Positions 39,123 through 48,790 of a stretch of DNA of 64,000 bases are shown here, piece after piece. Source of the stretch: Polaromonas sp. (GTDB lineage: Bacteria > Pseudomonadota > Gammaproteobacteria > Burkholderiales > Burkholderiaceae_C). Within the stretch, counting starts at the first letter, position 1. The number at the start of each line of letters is the position of its first letter. The position numbers and the translations under genes were made by a program. The stretch lies in assembly GCA_043781295.1 (NCBI GenBank), contig JAYWBS010000223.1, forward strand, positions 2,270-66,269, read 5' to 3'. Under the pieces are notes generated by a model that saw only the letters and a program-made list of their open reading frames with translations, searched no databases and had not been told where the DNA came from.

Positions 39123-40654
39123 GTTGCGCTCCGTTCCAGAGGTGCGGTAGAGGTATGGCTCCACAACCCGCTCATCCATTGCCCCACCAGCTCTGTACTT
39201 GCCTGGTCGCGCGGCAATGACGGTGACAACTGGCCTTTGGCCATCACATACAGGCGGTCGCAAACTTCAAACAGTTCGTCCAGCTCTTCACTGACCACCA
39301 GCACCGCACAGCCCGCGCCAGCCAGCTTGAGCAGCTCGCCACGTATTTGCGCCGCCGCACCCACATCAACCCCCCAGGTGGGCTGCGACACGATCAGCAG
39401 CTTGGGGTTGGCATCTATCTCTCGGCCCATGATGAATTTTTGCAGGTTACCGCCCGACAGCGATCTGGCCAGCGCCTCTGGCCCAGCAGCCTTGACCTTG
39501 AAGCGCGCAATGATGCTTGCGACCTGGGCCTGCAACTGCTGACCATGCAACCAGCCACCACGCCCCACTGCTTCTTTGCGTGTCAACAACAGGTTGCGGC
39601 TGAGTGGCAGCTGCGGCACGGCGCCGCGCCCGAGGCGTTCTTCGGGCGAAAAATGCAAGCCAAGTGCGCGCCTGGCTACAGGGCCCAACTTGCCCACGCC
39701 CTGCCCCGCAACGGTGATGGCAGCGCTGGCGGCCCGTGTGTCTTCGCCCGACAATGCCTGTAGCAGTTCTTTCTGGCCGTTGCCAGACACGCCGGCAATG
39801 CCTACCACTTCACCCGCACGCACAGTCAGCTGTAGCTGCTCAATAGCAACGCCAAATTGCCCGGTAGCTGGCAGATCCAGCTGCTTGACATCCAGCACCA
39901 CAGCACCTGTCTTTGCGTTGCGCTGCTCCAGCGCAGGTGGTTCGCTGCCAATCATCAGGCGGCTCAATGATGCGTTGGACTCCTGCCGTGGGTCACACAC
40001 CCCTGTTACCTCACCGCCGCGCAGCACCGTGCAGGCGGTACACAGGGCACGAATTTCATGCAGCTTGTGGCTGATGTACAAAATACTGCAGCCCTGGCTG
40101 GCCAGTTGACGCAAGGTGACAAACAAATTCTCAACCGCCTGCGGGGTGAGCACCGAGGTGGGCTCGTCGAGTATCAGCAGCTTTGGCGAAGTCAACAATG
40201 CCCGCACAATTTCAACCCGCTGGCGCTCGCCAACGCTCAGCGTGTGTACTGGCCGCTCAGGCTCAATCGGCAAGCCGTGGGTTTGCGCAGTTTGCAAAAT
40301 ACACGTGGCAACTTGAACCAGACTAAGGTGTTGACCCAGGCCCAGCCAGACGTTTTCAGCAACGGTGAGTGTTTCAAACAAACTGAAGTGCTGAAACACC
40401 ATGCTGATACCAAGCGCCCGCGCCTCGTTAGGGCCGTGCACCACCACCGGCAGGCCGTCCATGCACATGCTGCCAGCATCAGCCTTGACAGCACCGTAGA
40501 TGATCTTCATGAGCGTTGATTTACCGGCACCGTTTTCACCCAGTACGGCGTGGATTTCACCGGGCGCAACGCGCAGCGAAATGTTGCTGTTGGCCACCAC
40601 GCCGGGATAAGCTTTGGTGATGCCTTCAAGCTGTAGACGCGCGGCGCTATTCAT
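39119..40654 (-). CDS. sugar/nucleoside ABC ATPase (duplicated domain)
   Basis: GENGAGKST, LSVGERQR, LSGGNLQK, QPTWGVD. Confidence 0.94.
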   Translation of the reverse strand: MNSAARLQLEGITKAYPGVVANSNISLRVAPGEIHAVLGENGAGKSTLMKIIYGAVKADAGSMCMDGLPVVVHGPNEARALGISMVFQHFSLFETLTVAENVWLGLGQHLSLVQVATCILQTAQTHGLPIEPERPVHTLSVGERQRVEIVRALLTSPKLLILDEPTSVLTPQAVENLFVTLRQLASQGCSILYISHKLHEIRALCTACTVLRGGEVTGVCDPRQESNASLSRLMIGSEPPALEQRNAKTGAVVLDVKQLDLPATGQFGVAIEQLQLTVRAGEVVGIAGVSGNGQKELLQALSGEDTRAASAAITVAGQGVGKLGPVARRALGLHFSPEERLGRGAVPQLPLSRNLLLTRKEAVGRGGWLHGQQLQAQVASIIARFKVKAAGPEALARSLSGGNLQKFIMGREIDANPKLLIVSQPTWGVDVGAAAQIRGELLKLAGAGCAVLVVSEELDELFEVCDRLYVMAKGQLSPSLPRDQASTELVGQWMSGLWSHTSTAPLERSAT

Positions 40655-40658
40655 GCAC

Positions 40659-40675
40659 TTGGCACAAGGTCTGCT
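40659..40675 (+). promoter_or_regulatory. sigma54 promoter upstream of xdhA
   Basis: TTGGCAC-AAGGT-CTGC, GG-N10-GC spacing. Confidence 0.6.
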
Positions 40676-40729
40676 GTGCGTGATACGCTGTATTCAATGA
40701 CGGATTCAACGAAAAGCTCAAGGGACAAC

Positions 40730-42295
40730 ATGACGGCTCCGATCCGGTTTTGGCGACATGGTGAATTGATTTCGCTTGCCAATGTACCACCCAGCCGCAC
40801 ACTGCTGGAGGTGCTGCGGGAAGACCTGTGCAGCACCGACACCAAGGAGGGTTGCGGTGAAGGTGATTGCGGTGCATGCACGGTGGTGCTGGGCGATGTG
40901 CAGGATGGCCAACTGCGCTTTCGTGCCGTCAACAGTTGCATACGACTGGCGCATTCGGTGGACGGCATGGCGGTATGGACGGCTGAGGACATCACTGATG
41001 ATGGCAAACCCGCCGCCGGGCCGCCCCAAGTCGGGGACGGCCCCCTCGGGGGGCAGCGACCCGCGTCAGCGGCGGAGCGTGGGGGCCGATATTTACATCC
41101 AGTTCAGCAGGCCATGGTGCAGTGCCACGCTTCGCAATGCGGTTTTTGCACGCCCGGTTTTGTCATGAGCTTGTTTGCCATGTATCAAAACCACACCAGC
41201 AAAGGTCGTGCCATCTCGCGTGAGCTAGCGCAAGAAGAGCTGTCCGGCAACTTGTGCCGCTGCACCGGCTACAGGCCGATTCTGGATGCCGCACAAATGC
41301 TGGACGCGCTGCCTGTCGTCAAACTGGACGAAGTTGATTTGCTACAAAAATTAGAGCTGCTCGCGCCCGAATCTATTGGACTACAGGCCAATTTAATAGG
41401 TAATTCAGGCTATAAATCACCCCTTTCGCTTGAATCTCTGCTCAAAACCAGGGCAGCGCATCCCGATGCACAAATTGTGGCGGGCACGACCGACGTCGGC
41501 TTGTGGGTCACCAAGCAACACCGCCAGTTTGAGCAGATCATTGACATCACAAAAGTACGCGAGTTGCGTCGCATTGAAGACTACCCCCACCACATCGCTA
41601 TCGGCGCAGCGGTGACGCTCAGCGATGCCTTTGCCGCCCTGGTGAAAGACAGGCCCCAGTTGCACACCTTTGCCACGCGCTTTGCGGGCCTGTCAGTACG
41701 CAACTCGGGCACGCTGGGTGGCAACGTGGCCAACGGCTCACCGATTGGTGATGCCATGCCGCTGCTGATTGCGCTGGGGGCGAATGTGGTGTTGATGAGC
41801 ATGAGAAACGGAAAAATGGGGCACAGAGAGATGCCACTTGAGCAGTTGTATACCGGGTACCGCAAGAACGTGATGGCTGGCGATGAAGTACTGGCCTGGA
41901 TCAAAGTCCCCAAGCCTGCGCCGCATGAATTTCTGCGCATCTACAAAATCTCCAAACGCTTCGACGACGACATTTCAGCCATCTGCTTGGGGCTCAACCT
42001 GCACATCGACAAAGGCATCATCGCCCGCGCCTCCATCGGCGTTGGCGGTGTTGCGGCTACGCCAGTACGCGCTATCAAAACAGAAGCGGCTCTGACCCAT
42101 AAAGATTGGTCAAAAGCCACGATTGACCATGCCATGAGCGTTTTAAGAGCCGAGTTTTCACCGATTTCTGACATGCGCGCATCGAGCGCCTACCGCACGC
42201 AGGTGCTGGGCAACCTGCTGCAACGCTACTGGCTTGAAGAGCGCGGCATACAGCAAATCAATTTGCAGTCATTTGCCCTGGGTAGCCACGAATGA
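40730..42295 (+). CDS. xdhA: xanthine dehydrogenase small subunit (Fe-S + FAD)
   Basis: KEGCGEGDCGAC, QCGFCTPG, CRCTGY, GSPIGD, KISKRFDDDIS. Confidence 0.96.
   Translation: MTAPIRFWRHGELISLANVPPSRTLLEVLREDLCSTDTKEGCGEGDCGACTVVLGDVQDGQLRFRAVNSCIRLAHSVDGMAVWTAEDITDDGKPAAGPPQVGDGPLGGQRPASAAERGGRYLHPVQQAMVQCHASQCGFCTPGFVMSLFAMYQNHTSKGRAISRELAQEELSGNLCRCTGYRPILDAAQMLDALPVVKLDEVDLLQKLELLAPESIGLQANLIGNSGYKSPLSLESLLKTRAAHPDAQIVAGTTDVGLWVTKQHRQFEQIIDITKVRELRRIEDYPHHIAIGAAVTLSDAFAALVKDRPQLHTFATRFAGLSVRNSGTLGGNVANGSPIGDAMPLLIALGANVVLMSMRNGKMGHREMPLEQLYTGYRKNVMAGDEVLAWIKVPKPAPHEFLRIYKISKRFDDDISAICLGLNLHIDKGIIARASIGVGGVAATPVRAIKTEAALTHKDWSKATIDHAMSVLRAEFSPISDMRASSAYRTQVLGNLLQRYWLEERGIQQINLQSFALGSHE
41018..41087 (+). 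repeat. 70-bp GC-rich repeat, in frame inside xdhA
   Basis: GGGCCGCCCC...CCCCTCGGGGGGCAG...CGTGGGGGCC; second copy at 54825-54894. Confidence 0.85.
41340..41395 (+). repeat. two-box repeat, copy 4 (inside xdhA linker)
   Basis: GCTA-caaaaatta-GAGC tgctcgc GCCC-gaatctatt-GGAC tacaggc. Confidence 0.88.
42071..42120 (+). repeat. two-box repeat, copy 5 (degenerate, inside xdhA 3' domain)
   Basis: GCTA-tcaaaacag-AAGC ggctctg ACCC-ataaagatt-GGTC aaaagcc. Confidence 0.6.
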
Positions 42296-44571
42296 CAGCC
42301 GCTGGCCATTCAAAGTTTCATGAAAGTGCCAACGCCCAGGTAGCGGGCGCGGCAACTTATGTGGACGATATTCCTGAAATCAAAGGCACACTGTATGCCG
42401 CGCCCATCATGTCAAACATGCCCCATGGCAAGCTGCTTGGCGTTGATTGCAAGGCAGCTTTGGCCATGCCCGGTGTGGTGGATGCGGTGCTGGCGTGTGA
42501 CATTCCGGGTGATGCGGTGCTGGCGGCGTTTGCGCATGACGAACCCATTTTTGCAACAGATACCGTGCAGCATGTTGGCCAGGTCATTGGCGTGGTGGTG
42601 GCCGAATCTGTCATGCAGGCGCGCCGTGCCGCTCGCCAAGTGGTGTGTCGTATCGAGGCCTTGCCCGCCGTACTGAACGTCCATGACGCGCTACTGGAAA
42701 AAAGCTATGTTTTGCCGCCAGTATTTGTCAAACGCGGCGATGCAACCCTGGCACTGAGCACAGCCCGGCACACCTTGCAAGGCACACTGGAAGTTGGTGG
42801 TCAAGAACACTTTTACCTCGAAGGGCAAGTCGCCTACGCGCTGCCGCAAGAACAAAACCAATGGTTGATTTATTCAAGTACCCAGCACCCCGGCGAGGTC
42901 CAGCACTGGGTAGCGCACGCACTCGGTATTGACAACCACGCCGTTCGGGTGGAATGCCGCCGCATGGGTGGTGGCTTTGGCGGCAAAGAAACACAGGCCG
43001 GGCACATGGCTGTGTGGGCGACGATAGCGGCCAATAAACTCAAGCGCCCCATCAAGCTGCGGCTGGACCGGGATGATGATTTTTTAATCACTGGCAAGCG
43101 CCACCCGTTTGCCTACGCGTATACGGTGGGCTTTGACGACACGGGCCGCATCACTGGCCTGAAGATGCTGATGGCAGCCAACTGCGGCTTCAGCGCCGAC
43201 CTGTCAGGCCCGGTGGCAGACCGCGCTGTTTTTCATCTCGACAACGCCTATTTTTTAGCCGATGTGGACATCGCGTCTTATCGCCTCAAAACCAACACGC
43301 AAAGCAATACCGCGTTTCGCGGCTTTGGCGGCCCACAAGGTGTGATTGTGATTGAAAGCATCATGGGGGATATTGCCCGCGTGCTCGACATGGATGCGCT
43401 GGATGTACGCAAGCGCAATCTCTACGGCGTGGGCGAAAGAGATGTGACTCACTACCAGATGAAGGTGGAGGACAACATCCTTGAACCACTGCTATCCAAA
43501 TTGGAGCAGACCGCCCAATACCGTGAGCGACAGGCAAATATTTCAGCGTGGAACAAAAGCAATCCTGTCATCAAACGCGGCATCGCCATCACGCCGATCA
43601 AGTTCGGCATTTCGTTTACAGCCACCCTTTTCAATCAGGCGGGTGCGCTGGTGCATGTGTACCTGGATGGCAGCGTGCAGGTCAACCACGGCGGCACTGA
43701 AATGGGCCAGGGGCTAAACACCAAGGTGTGCCAGATCGTCGCTGACGAGTTGGGCGTGGCGTTTGAATGCGTACTGGCCACCGCTAGCGACACCAGCAAA
43801 ATCCCCAACGCATCGGCTACCGCAGCATCAGCAGGTACCGACCTGAATGCCCGTGCTGCGCAATACGCCGCACGCCATGTGCGTGACAACCTGGCACAAT
43901 TTGTCAGCGGGCTGGACGGCTGCGGCGCAGGCGCTGTGCGTTTTGAGGGCGGGCAAGTGATCACGCCCAACAACAGCCAGCCTTTTGTCGAGGTTGTGAA
44001 ACTGGCCTATGCCAACCGCATCCAGCTCTGGAGCGATGGGTTTTACCGCACACCAAAAATTCACTACGACAAAACCACCCTCACTGGCCGGCCGTTTTAT
44101 TACTTTGCCTACGGTGCGGCGTGTACGGAGGTAGCCATAGACACACTGACAGGCGAAAGCCGGGTCTTGAAAGTAGACATCCTGCACGATGTCGGCACCA
44201 GCATCAACCCGGCCATCGACATAGGCCAGATCGAAGGTGGTTTTGTGCAGGGCATGGGTTGGCTCACGACCGAGCAACTGGTGTGGAATGGCAAAGGCAT
44301 GCTGACAACCCATGCCCCCAGCACCTACAAAATTCCAGCCACAGGCGACATACCCGAGCACTTCAAGGTAGACCTGTGGCCAGAGCCAAATCGTGAAGAT
44401 AACGTGTTTGACAGCAAGGCGGTGGGCGAGCCACCTCTTATGCTGGCGGTCAGTGTTTATGAGGCTTTGAAGGCGGCGGTGGCTGCTGGGCGGGGTGATC
44501 GGGAAGTCGTCAAACTGGCTGCGCCTGCGACGGCTGAAAATGTGTTGCAGGCTTTGACAAGGCAAACGTAA
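42292..44571 (+). CDS. xdhB: xanthine dehydrogenase molybdopterin-binding subunit
   Basis: GQEHFYLE, GGGFGGKE, AFRGFGGPQ, EMGQG, SKAVGEPP. Confidence 0.97.
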   Translation: MTAAGHSKFHESANAQVAGAATYVDDIPEIKGTLYAAPIMSNMPHGKLLGVDCKAALAMPGVVDAVLACDIPGDAVLAAFAHDEPIFATDTVQHVGQVIGVVVAESVMQARRAARQVVCRIEALPAVLNVHDALLEKSYVLPPVFVKRGDATLALSTARHTLQGTLEVGGQEHFYLEGQVAYALPQEQNQWLIYSSTQHPGEVQHWVAHALGIDNHAVRVECRRMGGGFGGKETQAGHMAVWATIAANKLKRPIKLRLDRDDDFLITGKRHPFAYAYTVGFDDTGRITGLKMLMAANCGFSADLSGPVADRAVFHLDNAYFLADVDIASYRLKTNTQSNTAFRGFGGPQGVIVIESIMGDIARVLDMDALDVRKRNLYGVGERDVTHYQMKVEDNILEPLLSKLEQTAQYRERQANISAWNKSNPVIKRGIAITPIKFGISFTATLFNQAGALVHVYLDGSVQVNHGGTEMGQGLNTKVCQIVADELGVAFECVLATASDTSKIPNASATAASAGTDLNARAAQYAARHVRDNLAQFVSGLDGCGAGAVRFEGGQVITPNNSQPFVEVVKLAYANRIQLWSDGFYRTPKIHYDKTTLTGRPFYYFAYGAACTEVAIDTLTGESRVLKVDILHDVGTSINPAIDIGQIEGGFVQGMGWLTTEQLVWNGKGMLTTHAPSTYKIPATGDIPEHFKVDLWPEPNREDNVFDSKAVGEPPLMLAVSVYEALKAAVAAGRGDREVVKLAAPATAENVLQALTRQT
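43490..43543 (+). repeat. two-box repeat, copy 6 (degenerate, inside xdhB)
   Basis: GCTA-tccaaattg-GAGC ... GCCC ... GAGC gacaggc; 3 bp shorter than consensus. Confidence 0.45.
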
Positions 44572-44574
44572 AGC

Positions 44575-45837
44575 TCAAACCATTTGGCGCACCACATCCA
44601 GCAACATCATCAGCACCGCAAACCCCATTACACCCACGCCGCCCCAGCCAAACCAGCGGGTCTTGGGGCCTGATGTGAAGGCACCCATCACTTCTTTCTT
44701 GCTGGCCAGCAGCATCATGCCGACCATGATGGGCACGGCCACCACCCCGTTGATCACGGCGCTCCAGTAAAGGGCCTTCATCGGGTCGATGGGCGTGAAA
44801 TCCAGGCCTGTGCCGACGATAGTGGCAATCGCGATGATGGCGTAAAAACGCTTGGCCTCAAACCATTGGCGCTCCAGGCCTTCTGGCCAGTCGAAGGCTT
44901 CGGCGACGGCGTACGCGGCTGACGATGCAAGCACGGGCACCGCCAGCATGCCGGTGGCGATGATGCCGCCTGCAAACAGCGCAAAGGCAAAGTCTCCCGC
45001 CAGCGGTCGCAGAGCTTGCGCCGCTTGTGCGGCAGAGTTCACGTCACGAATGCCCGCGCCGTACAACACCACACCCCCCAGCAGCATGATGAAGAACGCC
45101 ACCGCGTTAGAAAAAATCATGCCAATGTAAGTATCACGCTTGACGCGTTTCAAGTCATAGCGAATCGCCCTGTCAGTTCCGCGCCCTTTGCCTTTGAGGC
45201 GCAACTCCTCCACTTCTTGCGATGCCTGCCAGAAAAACAGATACGGCGAAATCGTGGTGCCCAGCAAAGCCACAATCATCATCCAGTAACCCGACGTCCA
45301 TTGCAGCTTGGGCACAACCAGGTCATGCAGCACTTGGCCCCAGGGCACATCCACCAAAAACACGGCGATCACATAAGCAAATAAAAACAGCGTGAGCCAC
45401 TTCAAGATGGGTGCGAGTTTGCGGTAAGGTACAAACACTTGCAGCAGCACCGTCAGCAGGCCAAAAAATACCGCATGAAAGTGCGCACCACCACCCACCA
45501 CCAATTGCAGCGCTTCGCCCATGGCGGCAATGTCGGCAGCGATGTTGATGGTGTTGGCTACCACCAGCAGTAACACCATCGCCATCAAAAAAGGGCGTGG
45601 CGTGTGCTCCCGCAGGTTGGCCGATACACCCTTGCCCGTCACGCGGCCAATACGGGCACTAACGAGTTGGATGGCAATCATGAACGGCAGTGATAAAAAC
45701 ACCGTCCACAGCAGGCCGGTGCCAAACTGCGCGCCCGCCTGGGTATAGGTGGCAATGCCTGATGGATCGTCATCAGCCGCGCCAGTAACAACACCGGGGC
45801 CGACATGGCGTAAAAAGGAAGGAAAACGTTTCAACAT
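44575..45837 (-). CDS. NRAMP-family divalent metal transporter-like protein
   Basis: GAADDDPSGIATY, GTTISPY. Confidence 0.9.
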   Translation of the reverse strand: MLKRFPSFLRHVGPGVVTGAADDDPSGIATYTQAGAQFGTGLLWTVFLSLPFMIAIQLVSARIGRVTGKGVSANLREHTPRPFLMAMVLLLVVANTINIAADIAAMGEALQLVVGGGAHFHAVFFGLLTVLLQVFVPYRKLAPILKWLTLFLFAYVIAVFLVDVPWGQVLHDLVVPKLQWTSGYWMMIVALLGTTISPYLFFWQASQEVEELRLKGKGRGTDRAIRYDLKRVKRDTYIGMIFSNAVAFFIMLLGGVVLYGAGIRDVNSAAQAAQALRPLAGDFAFALFAGGIIATGMLAVPVLASSAAYAVAEAFDWPEGLERQWFEAKRFYAIIAIATIVGTGLDFTPIDPMKALYWSAVINGVVAVPIMVGMMLLASKKEVMGAFTSGPKTRWFGWGGVGVMGFAVLMMLLDVVRQMV

Positions 45838-45889
45838 GAGGGATAGCCTAACACGTCACTGTGACTGGTTTATGCTGTAGTGAGCAAAT

Positions 45890-45943
45890 AAATATGCCTT
45901 AAGGCCAGTATATTCGGGCGCAAGCAGCTACAAAATCAATAGC
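45890..45943 (-). repeat. two-box repeat, copy 7 (supplies last codons and stop of ttuD)
   Basis: GCTA-ttgattttg-TAGC tgcttgc GCCC-gaatatact-GGCC. Confidence 0.88.
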
Positions 45944-47328
45944 GCCCGAAAATCATTGACATTGGTGTGCGTAGGTCCTGTAACGACCAGATCACCCAGC
46001 CCAGCAAAGTAGCCATAGGCATCGTTGCGGTCTAAATGGTCGTCAACTTTCATGCCCAAGGCTGTAGCGCGCACCAATGTATCGGGCGCCACAAAAGCGC
46101 CTGCATTGTCTTCAACCCCGTCAATGCCATCGGTGTCAGCGGCCAGTGCATACACGCCGCTCTGGCCTTGCAGCGCCAAAGCCAGACCCAGGCAGAATTC
46201 GCCTGCACGCCCGCCCCGACCGGGGCGGGCCTTCACATCATCGCCACGGCCCATGGCACCTTCGCGCAGCGGCTTGACAGTCACCGTCGTCTCGCCGCCA
46301 CTCAAAATCACACAGGGCTTTTCAAATGCACCTGTACCAAATAAGCCCGTACCTCTGGCCGCCGCGCGAGCAAGTGCCGCATGCACCTTGCCGACTTCGC
46401 GTGATTCGCCTTCCATCTCGTCGCTCAAAATGTAAGCGTTCAGCCCCACTGCACGCGCCTCTACCGCTGCGGCTTCCAGGCTTTGCTGCGGGGTGGCAAT
46501 CATGTGGACTTCATGGCCGTTGAACAGGGCATCGCCGGGCTTGGGCGTTTCAAGCGCACCGCTTTCAAGCTGCGCCAGCACCTCAGCAGGCACCTCAATG
46601 CTGTAGCGCTTCAATATCGCCAACGCATCGGCGCAAGTCGTGGCATCAGGCACGGTGGGGCCGCTGGCGATGATGGACGGGTCGTCGCCCGGCACATCGC
46701 TGATGGTCAGCGTCACCACTAGAGCCGGCGCACAGGCTGCGGCCAGGCGCCCGCCCTTGATACGGGACAGGTGTTTGCGCACGCAGTTCATTTCAGAAAT
46801 ATTGGCACCGCTTCTCAAGAGTGCTTTGTTGATGCGCTGTTTGTCGGCCAGTGTCAAACCATCCGCAGGCAGGGTGAGCAAGGCCGAGCCGCCACCAGAT
46901 ATCAGGCACAGCACCAGGTCGTTTTTGCTCAAGCCTCGCAGCATGGCCAGCATGCGTTCAGACGCCTCCAAACCCGCTGCATCAGGCACCGGGTGGGCGG
47001 CTTCAATGATCTCAATGCGCTGCTTCAAACCTTTGAGCGACATGGCTTTGAGCGAATCAGGCAGCGGCGGAATGTGGTGGTAGCGCGTCACCACCAGGCC
47101 GTGCATCGGTGCGTCTTGCGGCCAAAGCGCTTCAACCGCCTGCGCCATCGATCCGCCCGCCTTACCCGCGCCGATCACGATGGTGCGGCCACCGCTTGCA
47201 AGGGACGGCGGCTTTGGCAGATAAGCGGCGGTGTTTTCAAGCGGCAGCGCACGCTTGACGGCGACATCAAACAAAAATTCCAGAAAAGCGCGAGGTTGCA
47301 AGGCAGGGTTCAAAACAGTTTCAGTCAT
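45928..47328 (-). CDS. ttuD: glycerate 2-kinase (MOFRL family, TtuD-like)
   Basis: GAGKA, HPVPD, SGGGSAL, IASGP, GGETTV, TDGIDG, T.TNVND. Confidence 0.88.
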   Translation of the reverse strand: MTETVLNPALQPRAFLEFLFDVAVKRALPLENTAAYLPKPPSLASGGRTIVIGAGKAGGSMAQAVEALWPQDAPMHGLVVTRYHHIPPLPDSLKAMSLKGLKQRIEIIEAAHPVPDAAGLEASERMLAMLRGLSKNDLVLCLISGGGSALLTLPADGLTLADKQRINKALLRSGANISEMNCVRKHLSRIKGGRLAAACAPALVVTLTISDVPGDDPSIIASGPTVPDATTCADALAILKRYSIEVPAEVLAQLESGALETPKPGDALFNGHEVHMIATPQQSLEAAAVEARAVGLNAYILSDEMEGESREVGKVHAALARAAARGTGLFGTGAFEKPCVILSGGETTVTVKPLREGAMGRGDDVKARPGRGGRAGEFCLGLALALQGQSGVYALAADTDGIDGVEDNAGAFVAPDTLVRATALGMKVDDHLDRNDAYGYFAGLGDLVVTGPTHTNVNDFRALLIL

Positions 47329-47430
47329 CAAAAAGTCTCCCACGCGCATTGTGCCGCGCATTGAAGGGTTAATGCGCCCCTGGTGTGCCGCCTGCATAGA
47401 ATTCCCTGTTTCAACACGCAGGAAAAACAC

Positions 47431-47763
47431 ATGAACTCTTACCTAGCTCTGGGCATCGCCATCGTCGGTGAAGTCATCGCCACCACCGCTTTGAAATCAA
47501 GCGACAGCTTTACCCGGCTGGTGCCGTCCATCATCACCGTCATTGGCTACGGCGTGGCGCTGTACTTTTTAACGGTAACGATGGAGACCATTCCCACAGG
47601 CGTGGCCTACGCCATCTGGTCAGGCCTGGGCATTGTGCTGATCACCATTGCCGCCTACTTTATTCATGGGCAAAAGATCGATGTGATGGGCATGGTGGGT
47701 ATGGCGCTGATTGTGGCGGGCGTCATGGTGCTGAATCTGCTTTCCAAGTCTGCTGGGCATTGA
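47431..47763 (+). CDS. SMR-family efflux transporter (EmrE/QacE-like)
   Basis: [21 protein letters not shown]. Confidence 0.92.
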   Translation: MNSYLALGIAIVGEVIATTALKSSDSFTRLVPSIITVIGYGVALYFLTVTMETIPTGVAYAIWSGLGIVLITIAAYFIHGQKIDVMGMVGMALIVAGVMVLNLLSKSAGH

Positions 47764-48726
47764 TTACTTTTTACCAAGCCCCAGCCGCTTCGCACCTTCA
47801 ACATACACCTTGGTGCGTTCAGCCATAAAGGCATCCATTTGCTGCACGCCGATATTGATCAGCTCAAAGCCACTTTTGGCGGCCAGCTCTTTCATCTCTG
47901 GCTCGGCGTTCAGAGCGGCCCACGTGTCAGACATTTTTTTGCGCGCCTCTGTTGGCGTTGATTTGGGCATGCCAATACCGCGGTAAGCGCCATCAACCCA
48001 GTCCACACCCAACTCCCGAAAGGTGGGGACGTCAGGCAACAGCGGATGCCGCTTTTCCATGGCGACAGCCAGGGCGCGCACCTTGTTTTTGTTATTGACC
48101 GCAAAGGCTGTGTAGGTGAGCGCACCATCAATCTGGCTGCCGACCACCGCCAACGCCATGTCGCCAGTGCCTTTGTAAGGCACGTAGGTGCTCTTGATAT
48201 TGAAAGAAGCGTTGAGCCGTTCATGCGACGCATGGTTGGCCGAGTTCAAACCCGAGCCACCCAAATTCATCTTGCCAGGGTCTTTTTTGGCGGCTGCGAT
48301 GAATTCAGCAAAAGTCTTGTGGGGACTGTTTTCAGGTACCACAAGCGCATCAGGCGTGAAATGAAACCAGAACACGGGCATGACATCTGTTGTTTTGTAC
48401 TGCACATCGCCTTCAATCGGCTGAAACACGATGTGCGGCAGATTCACACCCACCACATTGAGGCCATCACCGGGCAGGCTGTTGATCTGCGACCACATCA
48501 AAGCACCGCCAGCACCCGCCTTGTACTGAATGATGGTGTCAATAGCCGGGCATTTTTTCTTCAACACAACCTGCTGGTGACGCGCAGACAGGTCGGATTC
48601 GCCACCAGGCGGAAACGCTTGCCAATACAGCACGTTTTTGTCAAAACAACTGACAGTTTGAGCCCAAGCGGATGGCATCACGCAAACGCTGGCAAGCAAA
48701 AGCCAGTGGTGGATAACGATTTTCAT
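47764..48726 (-). CDS. Bug/TctC substrate-binding protein
   Basis: PPGGESD..AR, GAGGA, YVPYKG, PDVPT. Confidence 0.88.
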   Translation of the reverse strand: MKIVIHHWLLLASVCVMPSAWAQTVSCFDKNVLYWQAFPPGGESDLSARHQQVVLKKKCPAIDTIIQYKAGAGGALMWSQINSLPGDGLNVVGVNLPHIVFQPIEGDVQYKTTDVMPVFWFHFTPDALVVPENSPHKTFAEFIAAAKKDPGKMNLGGSGLNSANHASHERLNASFNIKSTYVPYKGTGDMALAVVGSQIDGALTYTAFAVNNKNKVRALAVAMEKRHPLLPDVPTFRELGVDWVDGAYRGIGMPKSTPTEARKKMSDTWAALNAEPEMKELAAKSGFELINIGVQQMDAFMAERTKVYVEGAKRLGLGKK

Positions 48727-48790
48727 GCGTAGTCTCTTTTTGGTGAGTCAAAGTTGATGCGAGTGTCGTCTTTTTCTGTCGTCTTTTTCT

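Noticed and set aside
32878-39542. Long antisense ORFs (e.g. 32878-33828, 33792-34664, 35015-35833, 38451-39542)
   Set aside because: Shadow frames of well-supported GC-rich genes, with no family motifs.
46209-46230. Perfect 10-bp hairpin inside ttuD
   Set aside because: Encodes the Gly/Arg-rich GRGGR region; single copy, plausible by chance in GC-rich codons.
47329-47430. Guanidine riboswitch upstream of the SMR gene
   Set aside because: No twin ACGR hairpins or ykkC features; the protein looks EmrE/Qac-like rather than Gdx.
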